Below are positions 19,234 to 28,988 of a stretch of DNA of 64,000 bases, in pieces. The position numbers were made by a program, and so were the translations under genes. This stretch comes from an uncultured Elusimicrobia bacterium (GTDB taxonomy: Bacteria > Elusimicrobiota > Elusimicrobia > UBA1565 > UBA9628): the NCBI GenBank assembly GCA_903830945.1, contig CAIKVT010000021.1, positions 4,519 to 68,518 on the forward strand, given 5' to 3'. The notes below the pieces were generated by a model that worked only from the letters and a program-made list of their open reading frames with translations, was not told where the DNA came from and made no database searches. How positions within the stretch are numbered: position 1 is the stretch's first letter; the number at the start of each line of letters is the position of its first letter.

Positions 19234-20327
19234 CGCAGCCCTGCCTCTTCATTGAAGCCGAACATGATATTCATGTTCTGCAAGGCCTGGCCCGCGGCGC
19301 CTTTCATGAGGTTGTCGATGCAGGAGACCACGATGAGCCGCCTGCCGCCCGGGGCTAGCTCGAAGCCCAGGTCGCAGTGGTTGGTGTAGAGTGAATATTG
19401 GATCTGCGGCAGGGCGCCGGAGCCGAAGCAGCGCATGAAGCTTTCGCCGGCGTATGCTTCGCGGTAGAGCCGGTCGATCTGCCGGGCCGTGGCGGGCTTC
19501 TGCAGACGGATGTGCAGGGTGGAGAGGATGCCGCGCGGGATGGGCAGCAGGTGCGGGGTGAAGACCAGCTCGTCGTGGACCAGTCCGGTCTGTTCTAGGA
19601 TCTCGCCGGTGTGGCGGTGGCCGAACACGGAGTAGGCGGAGAAGTTTCCGGCGACCTCCACGAAGTGGGTCTTGGAGGTGGGATTTTTGCCCGCTCCGCT
19701 TACGCCGCTCTTGCAGTCGCAGACCACGCCGGCCGAGCGGTCGATGAGTCCGGCTCGGGCCAGCGGCATCAGGCCCAGGATGACGGATGTGGCGTAGCAG
19801 CCGGGGTTGGCTACCAGTTGGGCACCTTTGATGTCGCGGCGGTATAGCTCGGGCAGGCCGTAGACCGAGGCCGAATCCCAGCGTGCCGCCTTGGTCGGGT
19901 CGCGGTCGGTGAGGGCGTAGACGGCGCGGTTGCCGGAGTCCTTGAGCCGCCAGGCGCCGCTCAAGTCAACCACGCGCAGGCCGCGGTCGAGCGCCTCGGG
20001 CGCCAGCTCGCGCGAGAGATCGTGCGGGGTGGCTAGGAAGAGCAGGCGCACCCTCTGCGCTTTGATTTTCTTCCATGAGAAGGGTTCCAAAGGCAGCGGC
20101 ACAGCACTGCTCAGGGCAGGGTAGAACTCATCGAGCCGTGCGGAGCCTTCGCCTTCTCGTGAGAGAAGGAGGGGGGGCTTGACCTGGGGATGGCGCAGCA
20201 GCAACCGTACCAATTCGCAGCCCGCATAGCCTGTGGCCCCGAGGACTGCGGTACTCAGCTTTCTGGTATTCATGCCCGCGGCGCCTTGACGCGCCAGGTC
20301 TGGGACGGATCGTTTCTGGGCTGTCAT
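19230..20327 (-). CDS. argC: N-acetyl-gamma-glutamyl-phosphate reductase
   Basis: 365-aa ORF with the NAD-binding motif AVLGATGYAGCELVRLL. The true start may be the internal Met at about 20273. Confidence 0.85.
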   Translation of the reverse strand: MTAQKRSVPDLARQGAAGMNTRKLSTAVLGATGYAGCELVRLLLRHPQVKPPLLLSREGEGSARLDEFYPALSSAVPLPLEPFSWKKIKAQRVRLLFLATPHDLSRELAPEALDRGLRVVDLSGAWRLKDSGNRAVYALTDRDPTKAARWDSASVYGLPELYRRDIKGAQLVANPGCYATSVILGLMPLARAGLIDRSAGVVCDCKSGVSGAGKNPTSKTHFVEVAGNFSAYSVFGHRHTGEILEQTGLVHDELVFTPHLLPIPRGILSTLHIRLQKPATARQIDRLYREAYAGESFMRCFGSGALPQIQYSLYTNHCDLGFELAPGGRRLIVVSCIDNLMKGAAGQALQNMNIMFGFNEEAGLR

Positions 20328-20394
20328 CGCGTAAGCCGTGATATTCTACTTAATTCCAGCCATGGTCCCTGCATTATCGTGCGCGCTCCAGGTT

Positions 20395-20432
20395 TTATAA
20401 AGAAAAGCCCGGATGGCGTGAGCCATCCGGGC
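20395..20432 (-). terminator. Rho-independent terminator of the S8 protease gene
   Basis: A GC hairpin gcccggatggcgtgagccatccgggc at 20407-20432 is followed, on the minus strand, by a T-rich tract (ttttctttat). Confidence 0.55.
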
Positions 20433-20450
20433 CTGGGGGTATAAGGCCGG

Positions 20451-22388
20451 TTAGAATTGCTTTTTTTTGATGGCGTCCAGGTGCGATTGGAGGTACTCGA
20501 TGGCCTTTCTGGGATCGATCACGCCGCCGGCCGAGCGTGTGTAGGGGTTTCCGTTGGCTATTGGATTGGAAGTCGCTTGCAGGATCTTCTTGACTTGGGT
20601 CGGAGTCAGCTCCACGCCGCTCTCTTTGGCCTTTTGCAGCAGGAGGGCGGTGGTAGCCGTCGTGTGCGGCGTCGCCATGGAGGTTCCGCTCATATGCTCC
20701 GAGAGATCCTCGTTGGGCTTATTGGCGTAGCCCTTGGCATTGAAGGCGGCGGCGATGACATCGACGCCGTAGGCGAAGACGTCGGGTTTTTGTTCAGTCT
20801 TTCCGGTGGCCGTGTTGATCACATTCTGGTTCGAGGAGAAGGAAGCGATCTGATTGAAGTAATCCACGGCCCCGACCGTTATGGCTTCGGGCGCGAAGCC
20901 GGGCTTTCGGGCGGTTCCCTCACCCTCATTGCCCGCGGCCACCACGACAACCACGCCTTGCTCGGAGAGCTTTTTCACCCAGGAGCTGAGCTGATCGAGG
21001 TCCCGGGGATCCCTGACCTTGGTGTTCGACGCGGAGATGCCCAGGCTCATGTTTACGATGTCGATGCGGTCGCCCTTGATCTTGCCTTCGGCTACGGCCT
21101 GGTTGTGGTCATAGACGTTTTTGAGGCCGTTGGCGATGGCCTGCGTGATCATCATCCCGTCGCGCTGCAGTTCCTTGGGGATGCGCTCCAAGACTGGCGC
21201 CTCCTCGTCAAGCACCTTGATGTTGATGATCTTGACCTTGGGGGCGTAAGCCAGCACGGTGGAGGCCACATGCGTGCCGTGCTCGCCCGTGTAGTTGGGC
21301 TTGCCGAAGGTGGCCTTGTTCTTGGGGTCTACATACCGGTCCTCGGTGATGACCTTGCCGTCCAGGCCGTCCGTAACCTGCCCTTTGAGGAATGGATGGT
21401 CCTTGTCCATGCCTACGTCGAGGATGGCCACGGTCACCCCGCTGCCGTCGATCTTCTGCCGCCAGAGCTTGTCTACGCGCTGCTGCCAGAGGCTTTGGCC
21501 CATGGGGTAGGACTCGAAGAGAGTGCGCCACTGCGCCTGGCTCAGATCCTTCTCTGGGATAGCCTTGACTAGTCGCACCAAGGTGGAAGGCACCAAGGGT
21601 CTTCCATCGGCGCCGATCTGGAGGGTCGTCATCTCGCCGTCCACTTGACGGATAAAATACGGTACGGATTTCGGGCAATCCTTGCCCTTGCATGTCTGTA
21701 GAGCGTCCATGGCGGCGCGCAGGATATCCTGTTTAGTTTTGAGCACGGCGCGCAGGGACTTGCCCTGCTTGCCCAGGCCCGCGTAATCCGCGTCGTCCGG
21801 GATATTCTTGGCCATGATCTCATCGATGCGGGACATGTAGCCGGTCAGCAGTTCGGGGTGGACCTTATACTTGGGATCATCGATGCGCTCGGCGTAGTCG
21901 CGTAAGGCTAAAATCAGGGCGGCCAGCTTCCTGTTAGTGATCCTGGCTATCTTGTCGGCGGGGGTGCGGCTCAGAAGCTCCAGGAGGGCGACCCCGACCT
22001 TGGTTGGGTTCTGGGTGGCCTTCGGTGCGGCCCTCGGCGCTGGCGCATCTTTCTTCGGCAACGCGGGGTTGTTGCCATCCTCCTCATCCACAGGCGCCGG
22101 CACCTCCGAGGGTTTGTCCTCCGCAGGAGCCGTCACCTTTAAGGGGAAACGGTAGAGTTCAACGTAGGCTTCGTCGTTGTTGAGGTTCGCAGCGTTCTGG
22201 AAGTAGATGCCCGGGGGCAGGCCGTAGTCTTGAAGCGCCATGATCTGTTTGATTGACAGGTTCGTCGCGGCCGTGTCATCTTTGTTTTCGTTCGGCGCGG
22301 GTTGGGCGGCCGTCGAAAACGGCGCTAGAGTCAGCGCGAAGAAGCCGGCCGCCAGCCACAGACGCAGCAGTTTCTTAGCCCTGTTCAT
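20451..22388 (-). CDS. Secreted subtilisin-like serine protease (peptidase S8)
   Basis: Catalytic triad motifs are present: DVGMDKDHP (Asp), HGTHVAST (His) and GTSMATPH (Ser). There is a signal peptide from MNRAKKLLRL (the track ORF starts 6 codons earlier), then a long N-terminal propeptide/linker. Confidence 0.85.
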   Translation of the reverse strand: MNRAKKLLRLWLAAGFFALTLAPFSTAAQPAPNENKDDTAATNLSIKQIMALQDYGLPPGIYFQNAANLNNDEAYVELYRFPLKVTAPAEDKPSEVPAPVDEEDGNNPALPKKDAPAPRAAPKATQNPTKVGVALLELLSRTPADKIARITNRKLAALILALRDYAERIDDPKYKVHPELLTGYMSRIDEIMAKNIPDDADYAGLGKQGKSLRAVLKTKQDILRAAMDALQTCKGKDCPKSVPYFIRQVDGEMTTLQIGADGRPLVPSTLVRLVKAIPEKDLSQAQWRTLFESYPMGQSLWQQRVDKLWRQKIDGSGVTVAILDVGMDKDHPFLKGQVTDGLDGKVITEDRYVDPKNKATFGKPNYTGEHGTHVASTVLAYAPKVKIINIKVLDEEAPVLERIPKELQRDGMMITQAIANGLKNVYDHNQAVAEGKIKGDRIDIVNMSLGISASNTKVRDPRDLDQLSSWVKKLSEQGVVVVVAAGNEGEGTARKPGFAPEAITVGAVDYFNQIASFSSNQNVINTATGKTEQKPDVFAYGVDVIAAAFNAKGYANKPNEDLSEHMSGTSMATPHTTATTALLLQKAKESGVELTPTQVKKILQATSNPIANGNPYTRSAGGVIDPRKAIEYLQSHLDAIKKKQF

Positions 22389-22550
22389 ATCGTCCCCTAT
22401 GACCATGGTGACAATAGGATAGGGGGGGAACGCGATTTCGTCAAGACCGGTCAGGCCTACGACGGGATAGGTCTCAAGGCCTAGGCATCATCTCCGGCGC
22501 GATCGTTGCCTTGGACCGAGGACCTGGAATGTGGTAGTCTAGTGATCGCG

Positions 22551-23450
22551 ATGTCCAAGACCATCCTCATCATCGACGACGACCAGACCTTGGTTGCGCC
22601 TCTTAAAGAAGGGCTCGAGGCCATGGGCTATCGGGTGGCGGCGGCCTTCGACGGCCAGCAGGGCATCCACTTGGCCCAGCAGGTCAAGCCGGACCTTGTC
22701 ATCCTGGATTTTTATATGCCCGGGGGCGGGGGGGCCATAGTCTACGAGCGCCTGCGCCAGGGCCAGGAGACGGCCCAGACGCCCATCGTGTTCTCGACGG
22801 TCGTCTCGATGGAGGAGGTCAAGGGCCGTATCCATCCCAGCGCCAACACCTATTTCCTGAGGAAGCCAGTGGGCCTGGGCCAGCTTGCGGCTCTCATTCG
22901 ATCGGTCCTGGGCGAGCAGCAATCGTCGGTGACGGCAGAGGGGCCGCATCTGAGCGCCCAAACACCCGCTGAGGACGCTCAGTGCGGCGGCGCGGTCATG
23001 CTGTCGTCGTCGCGGGTGCATGATCTGGCGGTGCGCGTGACTTACGCGGACACAGACCGGATGGGCGTGGTCTACTACGCCAACTATTTGCGGTTCTTCG
23101 AGCAGGGCCGTACGGAGCTCCTGCGCAGTCTGGGCTCGCGTTACCGTGACCTGGAACTCCATCGAAAGCTTTATCTTCCTGTGGCCGCGGCCTTATGCCG
23201 GTATGTATCGCCGGGTCGATATGACGACCTGCTGCTGGTGCGGACCTGGGTCTCTGCGCTGGGCAAGGCCAGCCTGAGCTTCGCCTACGAGATCCTCGAC
23301 GCGGAGAGCGCCGGTCGCCGCCTCGTCGTGGGCTGTACCCGCCACGCCCTGGTCGATGAGCTTTGGAAGCCCGCTCGGCTGCCGGACGACCTACGCACGG
23401 CGTTGTCGAATTTTTTAGGGCCGGAGCCTGTCGGTTTCAAGACCAAATAG
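22551..23450 (+). CDS. Fusion protein: response-regulator receiver domain plus YbgC/4HBT-type acyl-CoA thioesterase
   Basis: The N-terminus has a receiver domain (ILIIDDDQ.., DLVILDFYMPGGGG). The C-terminal ~130 aa has a hotdog thioesterase signature (VTYADTDRMGVVYYANYLRFFEQGRTELL). The start is taken at the MSKTILII Met. Confidence 0.75.
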   Translation: MSKTILIIDDDQTLVAPLKEGLEAMGYRVAAAFDGQQGIHLAQQVKPDLVILDFYMPGGGGAIVYERLRQGQETAQTPIVFSTVVSMEEVKGRIHPSANTYFLRKPVGLGQLAALIRSVLGEQQSSVTAEGPHLSAQTPAEDAQCGGAVMLSSSRVHDLAVRVTYADTDRMGVVYYANYLRFFEQGRTELLRSLGSRYRDLELHRKLYLPVAAALCRYVSPGRYDDLLLVRTWVSALGKASLSFAYEILDAESAGRRLVVGCTRHALVDELWKPARLPDDLRTALSNFLGPEPVGFKTK

Positions 23451-23528
23451 GATGCCTTCAGGCACATGGCCGTCAACTTATTCCCTTCAGGACGCTCAGT
23501 GCCATCGCGCTACGGGCAGGTGACGCGC

Positions 23529-24608
23529 TCAGGTGTAGGGGACGGCGATGCAGGATCGCGTGTCATGCCCGCGCAGGCGGGCCTCGCTGACGTACCATTC
23601 CCACGCGACATTCAGCAGGACCTTGATGATGCAGGCGGCAGGTACCGCGAAGACGAGTCCTAGGAAGCCGAAGATCTCGCCTCCGATCATCATGGAGAGT
23701 AAAAAGAGGAGCGGGTGCAGGTGCACGGAGTACTTGGCGATGAAAGGCTGAAACAACATCTCGTCGCCTAATCGGATGCCGACGAAGAGAGCGACCACCT
23801 GCAGGCCGGCCTTCGGGGTTCCGAACTGGACGGCGGCCGCGATGCCTCCAACGAGAGCCCCCATGACGGCGCCCAAATAGGGCACGAAGCTGGACACCCC
23901 GGAGAGGACGGCGATGGAGAGCGCTGCGTTGATCCCGAGGGCCAGAAGACCCAGGTAAGAGACCACAGTGATGGCTAGGGCCACGATGAGGATGCCGCGC
24001 AGGTAATGGCCCAGGGATGCGTCGATCTCGTTGAGCAGATGGAGGGCTTGCTCCGCATAGCGGCTCGGGGCCGCTTGGATCAAAGTCGAGATGATGAGCG
24101 GCCCGTCAAGGAGGAGAAAGAAGGTGATGAAGGGCACCAGGAAGAATAGGGAGATCAGCGGGAATAGTCTTAGAATATAGGAAGGCGCGAGCTGGAGCTG
24201 CTCCATGGCCGAGGCGTAGGCGCGGCTGGCGAGCTGCCCGATGGGCAGTCCGCTGCGCGGCAGACGTCTGGCGGCATGGGACTGGAAATCGGCCGCGAAC
24301 TTCTGCGCTCTGGCGAGATAGGCCGGGGCGTCAACCTGTAGACGTGAGGTCTCCGCGCTCACCAGAGGGAGGAGATACTGCGCCAGTAGGAAGAGCAGGA
24401 ATGCGGCCAGAAGGTAGAAGGCTAGAACGATATGGAACCGTCGCAGGCCCCGCGTCTCGACCGCGTCGATGAGCGGGTTGACCACGTAGGCTAAGGCGAA
24501 GCTTAGCACGAAAGGCATCAGGGCTTGGCGTGCCAGATAGGCGCAGTAGAGCCCCCCGGCGCAGACCATGATGGCCGGCAAGAGGGGGGCGACTCGGCGT
24601 TCGGTCAT
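23529..24608 (-). CDS. AI-2E family transporter (PerM/YhhT-like)
   Basis: 359-aa protein with 7-8 TM segments and AI-2E family conservation (FVLSFALAYVVNPLID..). Confidence 0.75.
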   Translation of the reverse strand: MTERRVAPLLPAIMVCAGGLYCAYLARQALMPFVLSFALAYVVNPLIDAVETRGLRRFHIVLAFYLLAAFLLFLLAQYLLPLVSAETSRLQVDAPAYLARAQKFAADFQSHAARRLPRSGLPIGQLASRAYASAMEQLQLAPSYILRLFPLISLFFLVPFITFFLLLDGPLIISTLIQAAPSRYAEQALHLLNEIDASLGHYLRGILIVALAITVVSYLGLLALGINAALSIAVLSGVSSFVPYLGAVMGALVGGIAAAVQFGTPKAGLQVVALFVGIRLGDEMLFQPFIAKYSVHLHPLLFLLSMMIGGEIFGFLGLVFAVPAACIIKVLLNVAWEWYVSEARLRGHDTRSCIAVPYT

Positions 24609-25141
24609 GAGGCGGGCATGCCCCCGGGCGCCGAAGAGATGCGGCGCAGACGCGCTGAGAGGAGCTGGGCGAGATGTGTCATGATCTGCACGCCGATTCG
24701 GGGGTGGTAGTTGAGGATGGACTCCAACTTGGAGCGATAAAGCAGGAATATCTGGGATTTCTCCAGGGCTGTGGCCGTGGCCGTGCGCGGCAGTTGCTCC
24801 AGCAGCGCCATCTCTCCGAAGAATTCTCCGGACTGTATGGTGTATATTTTCTGGGATTTTCCGTCAGGCCCGGTTTTGGTGAGCTCGACTTGGCCCGACT
24901 CCAGGATGAAGAGGGCCCGGCCGATGTCGCCTTCCATGAAAAGGACCTCACCTTCATGATAGGTCCGGCTGTGCATGTTCTCGACGAGATATCCCAGTTC
25001 CACGAAGCCCAGGTCTCGGAAGAGGTCCAGGGATTTGAGGAAGGCCCGCTTGCGCGAAGAGGCGGGGTCGCCGAATATCCGTTTTAAGATGCGCGGCAGA
25101 GGCATTGGGCTAAGAGCTCTTGCCGAGGAATCGGCCGGCAA
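24605..25141 (-). CDS. Cyclic-nucleotide-binding domain protein (standalone cNMP-binding, no HTH)
   Basis: cNMP-binding motifs are present: GEVLFMEGDIGRALFILESGQVEL..FGEMALL. The start may be the internal Met at about 25105. Confidence 0.75.
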   Translation of the reverse strand: MPADSSARALSPMPLPRILKRIFGDPASSRKRAFLKSLDLFRDLGFVELGYLVENMHSRTYHEGEVLFMEGDIGRALFILESGQVELTKTGPDGKSQKIYTIQSGEFFGEMALLEQLPRTATATALEKSQIFLLYRSKLESILNYHPRIGVQIMTHLAQLLSARLRRISSAPGGMPAS

Positions 25142-25355
25142 GATTGAATACCGAGCTGAAGAGATGCAGCCAGCCGGAGCGGACGGCTTGACCGAAGGAG
25201 GCGACTTGATGGTCGACTCGGTAGGTCAGGACCTCCACGGCCTGGGCTGCTTTCTTGATCTTCAGGAGGGTGATGATCATGATGACTACAAGGATGCTGA
25301 GTTCCAAGACGATGATGGCGAGGCAGGCGGCGATGAATGTCTCCATAGTAGGCAC
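25110..25355 (-). CDS. Small membrane protein (DUF948-like), tentative
   Basis: 81-aa ORF with one strongly hydrophobic TM (IAACLAIIVLELSILVVIMIITLL) followed by an amphipathic helix. It occupies an otherwise gene-free gap. Confidence 0.4.
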   Translation of the reverse strand: MPTMETFIAACLAIIVLELSILVVIMIITLLKIKKAAQAVEVLTYRVDHQVASFGQAVRSGWLHLFSSVFNLAGRFLGKSS

Positions 25356-25408
25356 TATAACTAATCGCGCCGAGCGTCGTCAATTGTGGAAATGCTACCA
25401 TCACGAGG

Positions 25409-25903
25409 ATGAATCCCTCGGCTTTTCTTCCCGCCGAGCGCAAGCGCGCTTTGTTGGTCCGCCCGGCCGTTCTGCTGGGCGTCTTCTTCGCGGACCGGCT
25501 GACCAAGTTGTGGGCCATGGAGCGCCTCGCGCCGCGGGCCGGTCTGCCGCTGCTGCCATTCTTCCATCTGACTTATGTGGAGAACACGGGCGCGGCCTTC
25601 GGTATCGGCCGCAGCCGCAACGGGTTCTTCGTGGTCTTGACGCTGACGCTGCTGGGCGCGCTTTGCTTTCTGCGCCGTCACTGGCCTCGCGAGGACCGTT
25701 GGCTGGAGAGCGGATTCCTGCTCGTGGCCGGCGGCGCTCTGGGTAATCTTTACGACCGTCTGGCCTACGGATTCGTGGTGGATTTTCTGGATTTCCGTGT
25801 ATGGCCGGTCTTTAACGTCGCGGATTCCTGCGTGACCGTGGGGGCCTGCTGCCTGGCCTGGGGTCTTTCTCGTTTGGAAAAGACGCCGCTCGGACACACC
25901 TGA
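25409..25903 (+). CDS. lspA: Lipoprotein signal peptidase (signal peptidase II)
   Basis: 164-aa ORF with the LspA motifs NTGAAFG and FNVADSCVTVGA. Confidence 0.9.
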   Translation: MNPSAFLPAERKRALLVRPAVLLGVFFADRLTKLWAMERLAPRAGLPLLPFFHLTYVENTGAAFGIGRSRNGFFVVLTLTLLGALCFLRRHWPREDRWLESGFLLVAGGALGNLYDRLAYGFVVDFLDFRVWPVFNVADSCVTVGACCLAWGLSRLEKTPLGHT

Positions 25904-25940
25904 GCATTTCTGGGCGGCGTGCTTGGCGCCGTGAGAGGAT

Positions 25941-26576
25941 TCAGCTCATCTTGTGGATGAAGTAACCCGCGCCGAAACCGAGCAAGGCACAGGTCATCAG
26001 CCCGACTGGCCCGCCGAGGATGAACCCGATCAGCCCGGCCCAGATCGCCGCCTTGCCGCCCGCGATGGTGGCGTTCCATTTATTGGGGTCATCGGGATCC
26101 TTCTTCTCGCTCGGGGTATCGCCTTGGGGCGGGGGAGTCGACGCGGTCAGGTTCGCTTTTGCTCGGTTGCTGTCGGTGAGAGGGCCCGTTGCGGTCGAAG
26201 TGGTCTGCGCTACGGCAGCGGTCGAGGCGGTCTGCGTTACGGTCGCGGCTGGGGTGCAGAGGGACCCGTCGAAAAGATGGCCGTTGTCGCACGCGCCTGC
26301 AATCTTCTTCGTGGTGTCGCTTGTTTTGGTGGAATCCACATTGCGCTTCGACATCATGTGGCCCATATAGTCGGTTAGGAAAATGCGCCAGCCTTGGGCG
26401 TTTTTCTCATCGGGTTCGCCCAATTGCGCCAGGGCGGTTTTGTAGGTGACGGAGATGGAGGCATCCTCCTTGGCCATGCTGTAGAGCTTTTGATCTTCCT
26501 TGGATAGTCCTTCCGCTGCGGCGAGGAGGGCGGAAGCCAAGACGACGAAGCAGGCCAAGGCCAGAGTCTTCTTCAT
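25941..26576 (-). CDS. Hypothetical secreted protein with a C-terminal Gly-rich TM anchor
   Basis: The signal peptide starts at MKKTLALACFVVLASALLAA. The C-terminal segment is GLIGFILGGPVGLMTCALLGFGAGYFI. No family is recognised. Confidence 0.5.
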   Translation of the reverse strand: MKKTLALACFVVLASALLAAAEGLSKEDQKLYSMAKEDASISVTYKTALAQLGEPDEKNAQGWRIFLTDYMGHMMSKRNVDSTKTSDTTKKIAGACDNGHLFDGSLCTPAATVTQTASTAAVAQTTSTATGPLTDSNRAKANLTASTPPPQGDTPSEKKDPDDPNKWNATIAGGKAAIWAGLIGFILGGPVGLMTCALLGFGAGYFIHKMS

Positions 26577-26714
26577 ATGAACCTCAGGATGAGGAAATCT
26601 GTTACGAGTAGCATAACTCTCCAAGCTCGAATATTCAAGCCCTACTCACCAGCCATATGGTATCCCATGTGGCCGCGTCGGCGCAGTGCCTAAGGTCCCT
26701 GGCGGGTCTGGGTC

Positions 26715-28106
26715 TTAGGACCCAGACCGGTCCAGGAGCCCTACGAGTTCCACGTGCGAGGTCTGCGGAAAGAGATCGACGGGCTGGACCCGGGTCAGGG
26801 AGAACCCGGATCGGCTGAGGTAGCCTGCGTCGCGGGCGAAGGTCGCCGGGTCGCATGAGACGTAGACCACGCGTCGGACCGAGGGACGGGTCAGGAAGCG
26901 CAGTACCGGCACGGTGAGGCCGGCGCGCGGCGGATCCACGACTACAGCTAAGGAGCCGCCCAGGCCTTCCCTGAAAAGTCTCGGCAGGATCGCTTCCACC
27001 CGGCCTCCGGTGAACCGCACGTTGCGCACGGCGTTGCGCTCCGCGGACTTCCAGGCGTCGCGCACCGCGTCGCGATTCTCCTCCACCCCGATGATTTTCG
27101 GAGCCGACGGCGCCAGCCAGAGCGTGAGGGTCCCGACTCCGCAGTAGAGGTCCAAGACCTGGTCGAAGGGGCGCCCTCCCTCGCTGAGGGCCTGCCGGGC
27201 GCAATCATAGAGGACTGCGGCCGCCGCGGTGTTCACTTGTAGAAATGCCCCTGGAGACACCATGAAGGAAAGCTTGCCCAGACGTTCCTCCATGACTGAG
27301 GCGCCCCAGAGACGTCGCCAGTGGGGGCCCAGGATGACCGAGGTCTTGAGCGGCTGGATGTTGTGGTGTATGCCGAGGATCTCGGGGAACGCCGCGCGTA
27401 GGCGGGATACGAAGTCCTCGGCCCCAGGGAATTGCGGGCCGTGCGTGACCAAGGTGACCAAGGCCTGACCTTTTCCATTGGTGCGCACGAAGATATGGCG
27501 CAGCCAGCCCCGGCCGGAGCCCTCGTCATAGGCGCGCCAACCGAGATTTTCGGCGAGTTCCTTGACCTTTAAAACGATGCGCACGGAGATATCGGGCTGC
27601 ACCGGGCAGGTAAGGGCATCTACGATCTGGTGGGAGCTTGCGGCGTAGAAGCCCGCGATGAGGCCCTGGCCTCCGGGGCGCTCTCCGAAAGGGACCATGA
27701 CTTTGTTGCGGTAGGTCCATTGCTGTGGTGAGGGCAAGGTCGGCAGGATGGAGACGTCCTTGAGTTTGCCTATGCGCTCTACGCAGTCGCGCACGAGTGC
27801 GGCCTTGTGGCGCAGTTGGGCTTGGTAATCCAGGTGCTGCCAGTCGCAGCCGCCGCAGGCCGGCCCGGGGCGGTCCGGCGCGAAGTGCAGCGGGCAGGGG
27901 GGGACTTGGCGCTCCGGCCCCGGCGAGAGAAGCCTGAGGATGCGGGCTCGAGCGAAGGATGACTTGGCCGAGATGACTTCGACTTCCAAGATATCTCCGG
28001 GTGCGCCTCCGGCCACGAAGATCACGCGCGGAGAGGCCTCGGCCTTGGCAACGGCTTGGCCTTCCGGGGCCATGCGCAGGACGCGGACCGTCAGTCTTTC
28101 AGCCAT
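26715..28106 (-). CDS. rlmD: 23S rRNA (uracil-C5)-methyltransferase, RlmD/RumA family
   Basis: 463-aa ORF with a TRAM-like N-terminus, an Fe-S cysteine cluster (CPLHF..CGGCDWQH) and a SAM motif (DLYCGVGTLTLWLA). Confidence 0.85.
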   Translation of the reverse strand: MAERLTVRVLRMAPEGQAVAKAEASPRVIFVAGGAPGDILEVEVISAKSSFARARILRLLSPGPERQVPPCPLHFAPDRPGPACGGCDWQHLDYQAQLRHKAALVRDCVERIGKLKDVSILPTLPSPQQWTYRNKVMVPFGERPGGQGLIAGFYAASSHQIVDALTCPVQPDISVRIVLKVKELAENLGWRAYDEGSGRGWLRHIFVRTNGKGQALVTLVTHGPQFPGAEDFVSRLRAAFPEILGIHHNIQPLKTSVILGPHWRRLWGASVMEERLGKLSFMVSPGAFLQVNTAAAAVLYDCARQALSEGGRPFDQVLDLYCGVGTLTLWLAPSAPKIIGVEENRDAVRDAWKSAERNAVRNVRFTGGRVEAILPRLFREGLGGSLAVVVDPPRAGLTVPVLRFLTRPSVRRVVYVSCDPATFARDAGYLSRSGFSLTRVQPVDLFPQTSHVELVGLLDRSGS

Positions 28107-28154
28107 GTTGATCTCCCTCTCATGTCGTATATTTTATCAATTTGGTAAACTCAT

Positions 28155-28983
28155 CATGATGAGAGGCTTGGCATTGTTGCTGCCGGCTGTCCTTCTTGCC
28201 GGGTGCGTCGCCGTGCCCGGCGCGATGGACGAAGACCACCTGGCGCGTCCGCAGGCCATCACCGGGGAGGCGTTTCCTGACCTGGATTCCGGTTTCAACG
28301 AGCAGCAGAGTCTGCATTTCGCGGTGCGCGCTTACGGCAACGGCAAGGCCATGCAGACCGCTGATCTTGCTGAGACCGCGTACCAGCGCATCATGGTGGA
28401 CACCGGCCTTTCCTCCTTTCAGCCTTTGGGCGGGCGCTGCAAGATCATGATCTACGCTAACGCCGACGAGTATCGCAAGAAGACCGGACAACCCGGATGG
28501 TCGAACAGTGTGGTCGTGAGTGGTTCCATCTATTCCTACGAGGGTGGGCACCTCGACAGGATGCTCTCGCATGAGTTGACGCGTCTTATCTTCTATGATT
28601 ACATGGGTCATACCAATATAGACCACCGTTGGGTCAGCGAAGGTCTGGCGATTTATGAGGAAGACAAGGCCGGCCAACCCGCCTCGGGCGGCGTGGCTTC
28701 GCCCATGCCGGCTTGGCCTCAAGGCTGGCAGCCTTTGCCCATGGACTCTATCATCCACATGGTGCCGGCCTCGGACCGGGATCGCACGATCAGCGCCTGG
28801 CATCTTCAGGTGGAGAGCCTGGTGCGCTTTATGATCGAACGCGGCGGCCGTATTGGATTCGGCCAGTTCTTGGGCGATCTGCGTCAGGACGCCGTTTTCG
28901 ACAAGGCCGTGGCCGACGCTTTTTCGGGGACCTGGCGGGACCTCCCGGACCTCTACTCCGCCTGGGTCAGGGCTCAGCAGTGA
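28155..28983 (+). CDS. Hypothetical lipoprotein (possible HExxH-like metallopeptidase fold; uncertain)
   Basis: The lipobox signal is [17 protein letters not shown]. There is a [14 protein letters not shown] segment. The 5' part of the track ORF (27940-) is a shadow overlapping rlmD. Confidence 0.5.
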
Positions 28984-28988
28984 CGGAG

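Noticed and set aside
18509-19252. A 247-aa alternative-frame minus-strand ORF overlapping argB.
   Set aside because: Its translation is Arg/Gly/Pro-rich junk. The argB frame has kinase motifs.
28713-28988. The upstream extension of the copA ORF (track start 28713) and of the lipoprotein ORF (27940).
   Set aside because: The extensions overlap the preceding genes and have no protein-like composition. The internal Met residues give a proper HMA-domain start and a lipobox signal peptide respectively.
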